DNA of 64,000 bases from Octopus sinensis (Eukaryota), in NCBI RefSeq assembly GCF_006345805.1, contig NC_043000.1:28582001-28646000 (forward strand). The letters run 5' to 3'. A program made the position numbers and the translations under genes. This document shows, piece by piece, positions 51,090 to 63,917 of this stretch (within the stretch, counting starts at the first letter, position 1; every line of letters starts with the position of its first letter). The notes beneath the pieces are model-generated. The model did not search any database. It had not been told where the DNA came from and was given only the letters and a program-made list of their open reading frames with translations.

Positions 51090-51420
51090 GCCGTTTGGGA
51101 TATACCTGTGCCAGACTGACAACAACATCAAGGTGAACCTCAAAGAAAGACCAGAATCTTTGTATTCTGATGGTTTCTTAGGTCCAGAAACTATCAAAGC
51201 ATATGTAGAAATAAAAACAATGCACTGTATGAAATTGAAAACTATATCAATAACTATAATTAAGACTCTAAGCATGATAAAGAATACCATGGACAAACAT
51301 ACAAGAGCTTACAGTTACACATATTCTAAAAAAACAAACTAGCTCGGTTAGACACAACTCATACACAACACCGTGTCTCCCACGCAAGAGAGATTCAGCT
51401 CACACAGGATACGCAATACT
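51090..51420 (+). mobile_element. Heavily decayed Dong/R4 RLE fragment
   Basis: GATATACCTGTG-CCAGACTGACAACAACATCAAGGTGAAC (DIP.QTDNNIK.N) and a downstream ISITIIKTLSMIK resembling TIPIIIGALGMIK. Confidence 0.5.
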
Positions 51421-52285
51421 CCACGTAACACAAGTAAGTAACAAGTAACATAACTCACATATAAAAAGGCATGTTGTGCAGAACAGAAGAAAATATCAAA
51501 TTTTACAAACAACAAACCAAAGAAAGATAGATGCGGCTTACAAAAACACAACCTTCTTGAAGATCATTTTAAATACAGCTGGTGGTCAATAGAAACTCGG
51601 TTTTCACGGCTGAGTTCACTGAGAGTTTCCACAAAACCACTGGTTTTGTTTAGGTTCAGAGTTCCGGCTACTTCTGGCCGACGAGACATGTAACGTCGAA
51701 ACACCGTTGTCTCAAAATGCTGTGCGCCAATGAACCGAGTATGTTGAACACACTGTTGTCATAGAAGGGAGAAGTCATTCATCTAAGACATAAACGTGCC
51801 TAGACGTGTTAAGAATGATTGTGCCAGTAATCGAATATAAATCATAGTTCTATATTTTGGCGCAAAAGCCAGCAATTTTGTGGTGGGAAAAGGAATAGTC
51901 AGTTGCAGTGCATGACTGATACTTATTTTATCGACCCCGAATGGATGGACGGTATTGGTAAACACGGCGGAATAGTAAAAACCTCGAAAGAATGAAAAAC
52001 AAAACTGATCTTGGTGGGATTTGAAATCAAAACGTGAAGTTTTGGAAGAAATGACCTCAAGAATTTTCTCCGATGTCTTAACCACTCTGTCAGCGCATTG
52101 CCTTTATGATGATAACAATACTGATGACGATGATTACTATAACAACAACACTCTTACTACTACTACTACTACAACTACTACTACTACTATACTACTACTA
52201 CTACTACTACTACTACTAATAATAATAATAATAATAATATTAATAATGATAATGATAATAATAATAATGATAATAATAATAATAA

Positions 52286-52831
52286 CGATGCAGTACCAGA
52301 CAGTGTCTCTCGTGGCTTCTTAACTGATTGGAAGTGTTATCATGTACATTGTTTTGTCTTGGTATAAAAGATGGGCTACAGTAAATATTCTGCTCAATAT
52401 CACAGATTGGCTTGTCAGTTGTTTGACCTTAACCAGTTGAGCATGTCCCTTAGTGGCTGATGATATGTGCATCTCTGATCATGAGCAGAAGTAGTGGGGG
52501 AGCATCATAGCCGTGTGTAAAAACGAATTCTTGGAGAGTTAGATAATTCACCTTTGGAAACATGGATGGTTTGTTCAGCATCCTTAAACAATCCTTATTC
52601 AGGGACCTTTTGAGCGGCATGGGCTACTCGACCAGAATAAAAATTCTAACTGGGCCCCACCTGCAAGGTCATGCGCTGTTTATCTTGATATGATATCACC
52701 ATGACGCGTACATATGGTTGTGATGCATATGCCTGGTGTACCGTTATCAGACGGGTAGTCATGAGGGGTATACTGGGCTTCGTATATTTTACCCCCCCAG
52801 TGTCACTTGATTGCTGCATGTTCTCTCACTC
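52286..52831 (+). mobile_element. Element E in (TAA)n, longest copy
   Basis: Starts CGATGCAGTACCAGAC, ends CTCTCACTC; TAA repeats on both sides. Confidence 0.85.
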
Positions 52832-52894
52832 ATAATAATAATAATAATAAAATAATAATGATAATGATAATAATGATAATGATAATGATAATAA

Positions 52895-52956
<62 letters not shown>

Positions 52957-52974
52957 GGAAAGTAATAATAATAT

Positions 52975-53275
52975 AGCTGACAAGGTATGCGATAGGAAGA
53001 AAGAAACGTCGATAGGTATGACAGATTAGCTTGGGAGTTGTGGTCGATGAAAAAGTTGGGGGTGGTACCAATAATTGTCAGAGCCCTGGGAGTAAAAATC
53101 TCGAGAAGCACGTGGAACAAATAGGGGCTGCAATAAGGGTGGAGCATTTGCAGAAAACAGCACTGCTTGGAACCGCTCGAATACTCCGGAAGCTGCTCGA
53201 AAAATAAGACGTGTTACCTTAGTTCACTGGTAGTGAACAGCTTAGACTGTTGTACATCTCCAGCGTTAGAAGCTG
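52975..53275 (+). mobile_element. Dong/R4-clade LINE extreme 3' fragment
   Basis: DRYDRLAWEL.WSMKKLGVVPIIVRALG...LEKHVEQIGAAIRVEHLQKTALLGTARILRKLLEK* (stop 53205-53207); (AAT)n upstream. Confidence 0.8.
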
Positions 53276-53394
53276 TACAAATGCAATAATGATGATGATG
53301 ATGGTGATGATGATGATGATGATGACGACGACCACGACAACGACGACGACGACGATGACGACGACGACGACGACGATGATGACGACGATGATGA

Positions 53395-53560
53395 TGATGA
53401 TGATGAGTTCGAAAATAAGCCTAGGCTGGAATTTTGGTCGAACGAATCGACCCCAGTACCGCTTTTTTTGAGGTTGGTACGTAGCCCATCAGTTCCTTTT
53501 TCTGAACCGCTAAGTTACGGGGACATATACTAACCAACACCGATTGTCAGGCGGTAGAGG
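53395..53560 (-). mobile_element. SINE family B, 3' half (diverged)
   Basis: GAACCGCTAAGTTACGGGGAC motif. Confidence 0.7.
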
Positions 53561-54084
53561 GCGACTGAGACACACGAAATAGTCACTTCTCTTAAACTTT
53601 AACTCCGAGAGTAAGCCATCATTTCATAGATTTGGATCGAATGCTTACAGCAGCGGGGACTCCACTAAAGGTACCAGGTGACGGTACTTTTTGATGACGG
53701 ATGAAGTACTTGACTGGTTCTATAGACTTGATTAGAGTGAAAACTAGACTGCAATCCGGCAGGATTTGAACTGGAACTGTTAAGCGTCGAAACTAAGTGG
53801 AGCGAGAAATTTTATTTCCCAATACATTGTCATTGTTATCCCTCACCAAACAAATCAATCGCTTGGCATGATCTTTATTCTTTAATGTAATCCGTACAAA
53901 CGTCTGACGATATATTAATACAAACAAAATTCAACTGAAAAAAAAAGCAAAACAAGAAATTATCTTACACAAGGTGTAGCGCTAAATTTGACAATTTTTG
54001 ATATCTCCATTTTTTTTTACAGGAGAAAAGTTAATGGTGAACAGTCAACGGTGTTGGAGAGCTTAAAGACTAAAATTGTAATTG

Positions 54085-54387
54085 AGAAAATGTTGACTTA
54101 CATGGAAGATTCGAAGCAATCAGTATATTGGGAAAAGTTCTCCGCTTCATGGTGATTCGCGCCGGGTATCAAAATTTCTGGTCTCCTAGCTCCCACGGTA
54201 TACTGTGGGGTTGGAGGCTGTCGAGAAATACTCCAACCGCCCTACCTGGAAAACCAACACCGAACTACGGGCCAAGGTCAAGGGGGTGTTCGAAGATCTT
54301 CTGAAGAACACAATAAGGAATGAATGTGCCAGCGTCCGGAGCATCTTCGAGGTCATAGTGGGAGCTGAGGGTTGCTACTCTGAGTAA
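54085..54387 (+). mobile_element. Second maT-type transposase C-terminal remnant
   Basis: NFWSPSS...AVEKYSNRPTWKTNTELRAKVKGVFEDL...RSIFEVIVGAEGCYSE*; parallels the 17650-18168 C-terminus. Confidence 0.7.
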
Positions 54388-54701
54388 TCAGTTATCTCCC
54401 AGCCATAACCTAGCAGATATTTTTCGATTTTTTAAAAATTGTTTGATATTTGGATGTCTTCTTTTCGTTCCATGCGAACTGCCATATAAAACTCGAAGAG
54501 ATGTCTATATATACGTGATGGAGGCGATGCTTTGTGTTACACCATTAAGATAACGACGAATACCGTAACAGAAATTGTGTTGCTGTTTGCTTGTGTGTAT
54601 TAATAAGTATGTGTGTGTATGTGTGTATATTTGTCTATATGTACATATACCTATCGCTCTTTCTTTTTCTTTTTCGCTGGTCCATCTTTCTCTCTCTCCC
54701 T

Positions 54702-54740
<39 letters not shown>

Positions 54741-54798
54741 TATAGAGAGAGAAAAATAAATTTAAATACACACACACACATACACACATATCTATATG

Positions 54799-54855
<57 letters not shown>

Positions 54856-54914
54856 TGTGTGCATGTGTGTGTATTTAAATTTATTTCTCTCTCTCTTATA
54901 TATATATGTGTGTG

Positions 54915-54947
<33 letters not shown>

Positions 54948-55017
54948 ATAGGGAGAGAGAGGAAGAAAGTTGAACCAAGCGAAAAAGAAAAAGAAAGAGC
55001 GATAGGTATATGTACAT

Positions 55018-55084
<67 letters not shown>

Positions 55085-55942
55085 GTAGGAGCGGGTTCAT
55101 TTGTATATCCGCGCATTTGCTTACGTGTAAAAGCCTTATGAATGAATAAGAACATAGAAAACAAAACCTTTTCTCGAAAACACAAGGTGTTCGCTAAGGA
55201 TCGGTATGCCATTCTAAACAGAATATTTTTATTTTGAATATTCAAACGAAGCTTTATAACGATATTATTTCATATGCCGAAACATGCAATTTTTATTCCC
55301 ATATCCTTTTAAGATTGTCATCGTTAAAACGTATCTTGTGAAAGTCCTAAAAACGCAAAAACAGATATAGACCCTTTTATACAACTTTATATTCTTTTCT
55401 TTTAAAATAAAATGGTAATCAAATTCTTAGAGTTCTGAATTATAGGAATTCAAAAATATACAAAATGTGATGTAAAAGAAAACATCGAGAAACGATATTC
55501 AATTTTTGAATGGATTCCCGTTACTGATCGTCAAAATGCTTTTATCAAGAGTATTGATGGGTATATCTAAAATATATAAATATATTTATATAATATTTGC
55601 ATACGTATATCTCGGCAGTGTGTGTATGCATAGGCATCTTCATTTATATTTACATATATCTTTGTGAACATAGGTATACTTTATACTTTGAAGTTCCGGT
55701 ATCTTGTTGCAGAGAATATGAAATGTCGTTCTGTCGATCATACTTTTACAAGAATGACCCGAGGTGAGCTGAGATGTAGTTACATTTATTGGAAAATATC
55801 TCCGCCATTAATGCAATCCGCTGAAAGAATATAGCAGCGCACTAAGATATTTATCATTATTTGAACCAACGAGAGATCCTCAACATGGTCGCTGAACCTG
55901 CTAGTAACAGGAGCTAAATATCCTTCAACTAATGCTTTTAAA

Positions 55943-56062
55943 CTTTGTCACAAGGCCAGCCATTGTGGTGGAAATGTAAGTCGATTATATCAACCCCGGT
56001 ACTCAACTGGTACTTATTTTATCGATCCCAAAATAACGAAAGGCAATGTCGACCTCGGCGGA
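55943..56062 (-). mobile_element. SINE family A, partial, tail2 type
   Basis: AACTGGTACTTATTTTATCGATCCC...GTCGACCTCGGCGG. Confidence 0.75.
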
Positions 56063-56413
56063 GTTTCATCTTAAACTTGGTGATGATTCGCGCCGGGTAT
56101 CAAAATGCCGACATCATAACAGATACTCAGTACTATGTGTGAGCTATAAAGTTTGTAAGACTATGGACTGCTGCAACAGAGAACGTAAATAGCCGGAAGA
56201 AATGGTGCAAACTATTTTGTCTGGTGCGCTAATGATTCCTCCAGCTCGCCATCTTAAATACCCTTCAAAGAATGACGGCAAAAGCGTTGGATAAAAGTTG
56301 CTAAGTTAAATTACATGTGATATAGGAGTGTTGCAGAGAATAGGATGAGGTGGGAGCAAAACGACGGAATGAAATAAATAGTTCACTTATTCAGACTTTA
56401 CGTTTCATCTCTG

Positions 56414-56737
56414 TGAAGGCACGTGGCTTAGTGGTTAGGGTATTCGACTCACGATTGTAAGGTCGTGAGTTCAATTGCCGGCGACGCGTTGCGTCCCTGA
56501 GCAAGACAATTTACTTCACGTTGCTCCAGTCCATTCTGCTGGCAAAAATGAGTAGTACCTGTATTTCAAAGGGCCGGCCTTGTCCCACACTGTGTCACGC
56601 TGAATCTCCCTGAGAATTACATTAGGGGTAAACGTGTCTGTGGAGTGCTCAGCCACTTGCACGTTTAACTTCACGAGCAAGCTTTTCCGTTGATCGTCTC
56701 AGCTGGGACCCTCGTCGTCGTAACCGACGGAGTGCTC
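56414..56737 (+). mobile_element. SINE family C, full length
   Basis: A box TGGCTTAGTGG, B-box-like GTTCAATT, CORE-like CCCTGAGCAAGACA, tail GTCGTAACCGACGGAGTGC. Confidence 0.9.
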
Positions 56738-56839
56738 CTTTTTTTACATTTCATCTCTAGCATACGCTTTATACTTCAACATTATGCATGATATACACAT
56801 ACATTATTGCGTATATAACAAATGTGGTATTGCTTGTTT

Positions 56840-57240
56840 GTGGCTGCATGGTAAAAAGTTTCTTCCCTAAATACATGTTTCCGGGTTCAGTCCCATCGCG
56901 TAGGATCTTGGGCAAATGTTTTTTTCTACGATAGGCTCAGGCCTACAAAAGCTTTGTGAGTGGATTTAGCGGACGGAAAGTAGATCAAGCCCTTTGTGTG
57001 TGCGTGTGTTTGCGTGTGTGTGTTTGTGTGTGTCTTTTCGTGTGTCTGAGTCGCCCTCTACCGCTTGACAATTGGTGTTGGTTAGTATATGTCCCCGTAA
57101 CTTAGCGGTTCAGAAAAAGGAACTGATGGGCTACGTACCAGCCTAAAAAAAAGCGATACTGGGGTCGATTCGTTCGACCAAAATTCTTCACGTAGTGCCC
57201 CAGCGTGGCCGCAGTCTAATGACGGAAACAAGTAAAACTT
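56840..57240 (+). mobile_element. SINE family B (diverged)
   Basis: Match to family B. Confidence 0.85.
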
Positions 57241-57589
57241 AACATGCAAGATGGCAGTTTTGTCCTTTTGTTTTGTGTTTTTATACTGGTGAGCCTCCAA
57301 CTAAGTCCAAGTAGGGAACGACTCAGATTCAAAACCCCTACCGCCCAAGGGCACATCTCCGACAAAATCTTGTTTTCTGACAAACAGGTACATGCTGAAT
57401 GTAATCCCATCCACTCTAACCATTTTCGCTAGTCACCTACATCTTCATATATTTCATTTGGTCGATGGAGCAAGTGATTGCTTTTCTGCCTCAGCTAGTG
57501 CACATCATCTTTTACCATAGCTATAAACAGAAAGACTGCCTTCCTTGACTATTTAAAGTAGGGTGAAGTGATCATGTGCTACATATGGC

Positions 57590-57900
57590 AATGGTTTAGT
57601 GTGTTCCTTCTCGAGCCACGCCTGGCTCATAAGGGCCGGTTTCCCGGTTTCCGTGGCGTATAGTTTCCTCACCTGGACGGGACGCCGTTCTGTCACAGGT
57701 GAGCTGAGTGATGCAGGAGGAAAGAGTGAGAGAAGGTTGTGGCGAAAGAGTCAGCAGAAGTTTCGCCATGACCTTCTGAAGGAGCCGCGTGAAGCTTAGG
57801 TGCTTCTCTCATAACACATACATCGCTCGGTCTGAGATTCGAACCCGTGATCCCTCGACCGCGAGCCCACTACTCTAACCACTTGGCCATGCGCCTCTAC
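57590..57900 (-). mobile_element. SINE family D
   Basis: Reverse complement of 63612-63917. Confidence 0.88.
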
Positions 57901-58844
57901 TTTGAAAATTATTAACACCCTTAATCGATTTTCGAACCTTATTGGGTTCTCATCCGTGGCGTCCACATCATTCTGACAGACTCCTATGGCAATGGGAGTT
58001 AAACACAACTCCACCGATCAGCAATGCTCGGACATTGAACGGTTTTGCAGCTCTGAGAGTATCTCAGACAGTCTCATTTAACGGTGCTTCCGTACCTTTA
58101 AGAATTTCTCTCGAACATGTAATACCTCTCGGTAACTCCATCAATCTAAATATTTCCAGTGTTTACCAGTTGTAGTTTCCGACCAGAGAGTCCTTTGGCA
58201 CAGACCAGCCAGTTCACACTCCTCCTACACTCTAGATAATTCTATTCCTAGATTTACAATATCTTGAAAAAAACGGGAAGGTTATGGCGGGAACGTTTTT
58301 GATCATAGTTCATTCCGTTCAGAATTGACATGTGGCTAAAAACCACTACCAACAACAACAACAACAACGATTTATCGTTGCACAAATTTATCACCTCTCA
58401 GTAACCTATGATTATCAGGCAACGACCAAGCCATTTCCTGATTGTTGACGTCAAGTTAAGCGATAACGAAAGACAAACTGACGCTACAACGTTACTATGT
58501 CTCCCGATTGCAATCAAAGCGGCAATAAGTGTGGCCACTTGAGGTATTCCGGTAAAGGCGAACTGATATCAGAGAGATACTGCTTATCTGGTTTAATAGT
58601 GGTTGCCGACGTTGACAGATGTATGCGTTTAAGTACTTTGATAAGAGCAAACGTGTTGCACTGGATTCGATCTCTTACTGCTACAGCACCATGGGTGTGT
58701 CTTTTACCTCGGCCTCGGGTCGTCCAATAACCTGTGTGTAAGAGACTGCACAGAATACTATCGTACATGTGTGTAAGTATAAAATACGATGAACGAGTGC
58801 TATACACATATGTATGTATATATATACATGTGTGTGTGTGTTGC

Positions 58845-59250
58845 CGCAGGAGTAGCTGTGTGGAAAGTAGCTTGCTTACCAGCCATACGGTTCTGCGTTC
58901 AGTCCCACTGCATGGCACCTTCTGCATGTGTCTTCTACCATAGCCTCGGGTCGGCCAAAGCATTGTGAGTGAATTTGGTAGACGGAAACTGAAAGAAGCC
59001 CGTTACATATGTGTGTGTATGTTTTCGTGTGTGTGGGTATGTTTGTATGCCTTTGCTTGTCCCCCACCATCGCCTGACAATCGATGTTGGTGTGTTTACG
59101 TCCCCTTAACTTAGCAATTCGGAAAAAGAAACCGATAAAATAAGTACTGGGCTTACAGAGAATAAGTTTTGGGATCGATTTGTTCGACTAAAGGCGATAC
59201 TCCAACATGGCCGCAGTCAAATGACTGAAACCATTAAAACAATAAAAGAA
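58845..59250 (+). mobile_element. SINE family B, full length
   Basis: Match to family B. Confidence 0.9.
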
Positions 59251-59659
59251 TATATATATGCATATATTTATATACGTATGCATACATATACATATATATA
59301 GGCATGCATATGTATGTATATGTCTATGTGTACATGTATTTATGTAATTGTGTATATGAGTTGCGTGTGTGTTGATAAATTTCTAGTCGAGTGGTTTGTG
59401 TTCTCAAGCACACAGTCATATGTTAAGGTGTTCGATTCGTGAACGGGACAGTGTTGTGTCATTGAGAAAAGCACTTCATTTCACAAATAGACTTCAGTCA
59501 AAATATGTACCACCCTAGTACTGGCTTCTACTGCTCTTTCTCTGTCTCCCTTTATCTTTCTTTTTTTCTCTTTCTCTGTCACTCTCTCTCCATACACACA
59601 CACACACGCACGCGCACACACACACACACACACACATACACACACACCACACACAACAC

Positions 59660-59712
<53 letters not shown>

Positions 59713-59765
59713 TTGGGATTTAGTTTGCAAGGTTATTTATGTAAGTTCGTTTGTTGAAGCATATT

Positions 59766-60030
59766 CTGTTGTGTCTGGGGAGTGTCATTTTCTTTTTGTG
59801 CCTTATGATTTAACACACACACCGGTAAAACTTCCAGTTATTTCTTTTTTTAATTTTCTAAACTTTTCGTTGCGTCTTGCAACCTTTTCAATAGAGTCAA
59901 AACTATTGAAAAGGTTGCAAGACACAACGAAAATTTTAGAAAATAAGAAAAGAAATAACTGGAAATTTTACTGGTGAGTTTGTTAAATTATAAGGCACCA
60001 AAAGAGAATAACTCTCCCCAGACACAACAG
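59766..60030. mobile_element. Repeat F fold-back: ~128-bp inverted arms with an 8-bp spacer
   Basis: 59766-59894 versus 59903-60030, spacer AGTCAAAA; arms carry several mismatches. Confidence 0.85.
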
Positions 60031-60042
60031 TATATATATATA

Positions 60043-60099
<57 letters not shown>

Positions 60100-61609
60100 A
60101 ATATATATCCGTTTCTCTCTCTCTCCTATATCTCCCCGTCTTTCTCTCATTCTCTCTCCTGCTCTCTCTCTCTCTCTCTCACTCTCCGCCTATTCTTTCT
60201 CTCCCCAGCTGTCACATACCTAACGTTTACTTCTTTAAATTGCGGTATTTGGAGAATGGCTAATTGATCGATGATCGATGCGACTGATACCGTTATTTTT
60301 ATAAGTCGATCCCTGTAGTAAAGATATGCACAGGGGAAGAATTTAGAGGCCCTCTTCAGTGGAAGCATGCCCATTGGAAAGGGATAATGGATCCTAGATG
60401 GGTGTTGAACATAATCAGATTGGATTGATAAGAAGAGGAGCAGAGACGGGTGGGATGGAAATGCCTGCGTAGAGAAGATACGGCGCTAACCAGATACGGT
60501 GAATGAGTATCATTACAAAGTCGATGTAGAGGAGGTAGAATGCCTGTGTACCAGAAGCCAGCGCGTGTGTGTCAGTGATTTTATGCTAATCAGTTAAGTG
60601 GACTTTCTCTGGATGCGATTCAAAATGCTTTTGTATGTAGAAGCAAGACTATCTCAACTTTGGTAGCAATACTTTATTGTAGACAGACATGAGATTTGTG
60701 GAGTGTCAGCATACAAAACTCATGTGAGGCTTCTGACTCGAAAGCAAAGGACCACTTTGAGATTGCAGTTCCACTTGTGTTGAGGATATGTTTTCACCGA
60801 AGGAGATCCTCGACGATGGTGTCAGTTAATATTCGGAGAGCCCTGAGGGTTCTTGCTGAGTGTAGTGTAGTTTTTCTTGATATGACTATTGATTTGGAGA
60901 TTTTTGTTGGGTTTATGCTATGGAAAGAGACAAATAGATGATGACAAATATCCGTCGAAGGTAAATAATGTAAATAAAGAACGTGAAATAGCTGGGAAGT
61001 TTTCGGTAAGACTATTTCGATTCCGCCAAATGTTCTCACCCCGCATGTAGAAATGCATGAAGATCACATAATCTCATTTCGTATTTCCCAATTAAAGCTG
61101 ATAGTACAAAAGAAAGAAATCGATATTTGTTCTGTTTGCTATTGCGAGACATCATGGGCTCCAAGTTGTTTCTGGAAAGACAAGAAATAAACAAAATACA
61201 TAAAAGAAATATAAAATAAAAATAGACAAAAAAAAACCCATCATCATATCCTTTCATTAGTTACTTGGTAACGGACGAACGTCGTGTATGCGTTGTCAAC
61301 CACGTAAAGTTTGCATCGGAGGAGATGAGAAGGAAGGAGAAGGAAAGAAAGGAGAAAGAGCGAAAGAAAAATAGAAAAGAAAGAAGGAAAGAAAGGAAGA
61401 AAGAATAAACTAAAAACAGAAAAAGAAAGATGGCGGGAAAAAAAGAGAGATAAAAGTAAAGAAATAAGACTTTTAAAGGCGGTTGGCCAGGGATTCTGGG
61501 CCGTGCCTTGCAATGCGATAAAACACGCCCCCTTTTTTTTCTTGATAAGAGCCAGCTTCCATTGTTGCCAAGCAATGACCAACGAATTCAAACTTTGTAT
61601 ATTTGTGTT

Positions 61610-62172
61610 TGTGTGAATCTGCAAGTGTGTGTGTGTGTGTGTCAATGTAAATGTGCGTGTGTGTGTGTGTGTGTGAGTGAGTGTAAAAGTGTGGGTATGT
61701 AGCTGTGTGTGAGTTTAAATGTGTGTGTGCATGTGTGTATCTGTGTGAATGTAAATGTGTATGTGTGTGAGTGTGTGAATGTGTGTGTGTGACTGTGTGT
61801 GTAAATGTGTGTACATGTGTGTGTTTGAGTGAGTGAGTGTAAAAGTGTGTTTGTGTGAATCTGCGTCTGTGTGTGCGTGTGTGAATGTAAATGTGTTTGT
61901 GTGTGTGTGTGTGCCTAAGTGTGTAAGTGAGTGCAAATGTGTTTGCGTGTGTGTGTGTGTGTGTGTGAGTGAGTGAGTGTAAACGAGTGGGTGTGTGTAC
62001 GTGTGTGTGAGTGCAAACGTGTGTGTGTGTGTGTGTGCGAGGCGAGTGTAAAAGTGTGTGCATATGTTTAAGTGTGAGTGTGTGTGTGTGTGTCTGTGTG
62101 TGTGAATCTGCGTCTGTGTGTGCGTGTGTGAATGTAAATGTGTGTGTGTGTGTGTGTGTGTGCATATGTTTA

Positions 62173-62248
<76 letters not shown>

Positions 62249-62256
62249 GTGTGTGA
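61610..62256. repeat. Degenerate (GT)n satellite with higher-order repeats
   Basis: Recurring GAGTGTAAAAGTGTG, GAATCTGCGTCTGTGTGTGCGTGTGTGAATGTAAATG and GCATATGTTTAAGTGTGAG blocks. Confidence 0.9.
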
Positions 62257-62624
62257 GGAAGTATATGGCCTGTTTGCAGAGTCCGGGATGTGTTCTTTGC
62301 TAAGCTTGTCGTCCCATCTCAATAGGACTGCCGTCAAAAACGAAGTAACGTAGGCAACAGATCTGCTGGCTTCTAACACCATGCAGCCGTTGCTGTTCTT
62401 GGTTTTTAGTTTGGTTTGCGCATTACGTATGTTTGTATAATGTACAGTTGGTGCTTATATGTCTACATTTGCATATATATATATATATATATAATACATA
62501 CATACATACATACATACATACATACACACGTGTGTGTGTGTGTGTAAACGATGACATTATCTTCATATTTCTCTCCTTGTGCCCCTCCTCTTCGGTGTCC
62601 TTCCGCTTCTAATCTGCCACCTAA

Positions 62625-62710
62625 TAATCATCGCAATGTTTATCAGCATCATCATCATCATCATCATCATCGTCGTCGTCGTCGTCGTCATCGTTATCAT
62701 CGTAATCATC

Positions 62711-62742
<32 letters not shown>

Positions 62743-63028
62743 CAATAAAAAAACTTGGTAGCAGCAACAAACGGATCACTATCACCACCATCGTCATCAT
62801 CATCATTCGTCATCATCATCATCCTTATCATCCTCCTCATCATCATCATCATCATCCTCCTCCTCCTCATCATCCTCATCATCATCATCATCATCATCGT
62901 CGTCGTCGTCATCATCGTTATCATCATCATCACCACCATCACCACAACCATCACCACTACTATTGGTAGCAGCAACAAACTCATCAATATCACCAACATC
63001 ATCATCGTGATCATTATCATCATCATTG

Positions 63029-63064
<36 letters not shown>

Positions 63065-63320
63065 CCATCATCATCATCATCATCATTATCACCATCATCA
63101 TTATCACCATCATTATTTTCTGCTTCTTTTTTTTTTATTTTTTTCGTCTTCTTCAACATCATCTCCCTGATACCACTGATGGCTATCTCAAAGTTTCTGA
63201 TAACAAAAATCACACTTCACTGTCAGTGCTATTATTACTGCAAATGCTAATGTTCCTGCTGCTGCAGGTGATGATGAGGATGATTATGATGATGATGATG
63301 AGGAGGAGGATGATGATGGG
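62625..63320. repeat. Compound trinucleotide tract (CAT/CGT/CAC/CAA)n
   Basis: Direct inspection; source of the poly-Met, poly-Ile, poly-Asp and poly-Ser ORFs. Confidence 0.93.
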
Positions 63321-63611
63321 TGTGGGGTGATGTCGTTATTTATTCACAATAAGCGTGAGCAGCTTATTGGGGTTACCGGTGGAATGGAGTTAATTTCTAC
63401 GCATCAAATCCCAGATGACCAGAAAAGCAAACTACATGTGTATCAACAAGCGGTTGACTGACTTAATCACGCATTTTGACACCTTTAGTAGAGTTGCCTC
63501 TGCAAAATGCTTTCGGACGGGATATTTTGTTTATTTATTTTGTCTTTTAGCCAAGAGGGCAAGTAGTACTCGTGACTTTTTTTTACAGAACCTCCACTAC
63601 TAGTGGTACCC

Positions 63612-63917
63612 TGTGGAGGCACATGGCCTAGTGGTTAGGGCAGCGGACTCACGGTCGAGGGATCGCGAGTTCGAATCTCAGACCGGGGAAGGCGTGTGTT
63701 TATGAGCGAAACGCCTAAGCTCCATGCAAGCTCCGGCAGAAGGTAATGGCGAAACTTCTGCTGACTCTTTCGCCACAACTTTCTCTCACTCTTTCCTCCT
63801 GCATCTTGCAGCTCACCTGCGACGGACAGCATCCCGTCCAGTTGGGGAACCTATACGCCAAGAAACCGGGAAACCGGCCCTTATGAGCCAGGCGTGGCTC
63901 GAGAAGGAACAAACAAA
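63612..63917 (+). mobile_element. SINE family D (tRNA-derived, V-SINE-like central segment)
   Basis: A box TGGCCTAGTGG, B box GTTCGAATC, CTGCGACGGAC..CATCCCGTCCAG segment reminiscent of the V domain, tail GAAGGAACAAACAAA. Confidence 0.85.

Noticed and set aside
52286-52375. HDV-like ribozyme at the 5' end of element E
   Set aside because: A possible P2 pairing (TACCAGACA/TGTCTTGGTA) and a TCTCTCGT loop are visible, but I could not build convincing P1 and P3 by eye.
56414-56490. tRNA gene (also 63612-63685)
   Set aside because: A and B boxes are present but run directly into SINE bodies found in many copies; no convincing acceptor stem.
60320-60520. L1/Tx1 RT fragment (GGMEMP-like)
   Set aside because: A single weak motif amid stops; not supportable.
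61473-63330. His/Thr-, Met-, Ile-, Asp- and Ser-rich ORFs
   Set aside because: Dinucleotide and trinucleotide repeats lacking stop codons in several frames; no coding signal.
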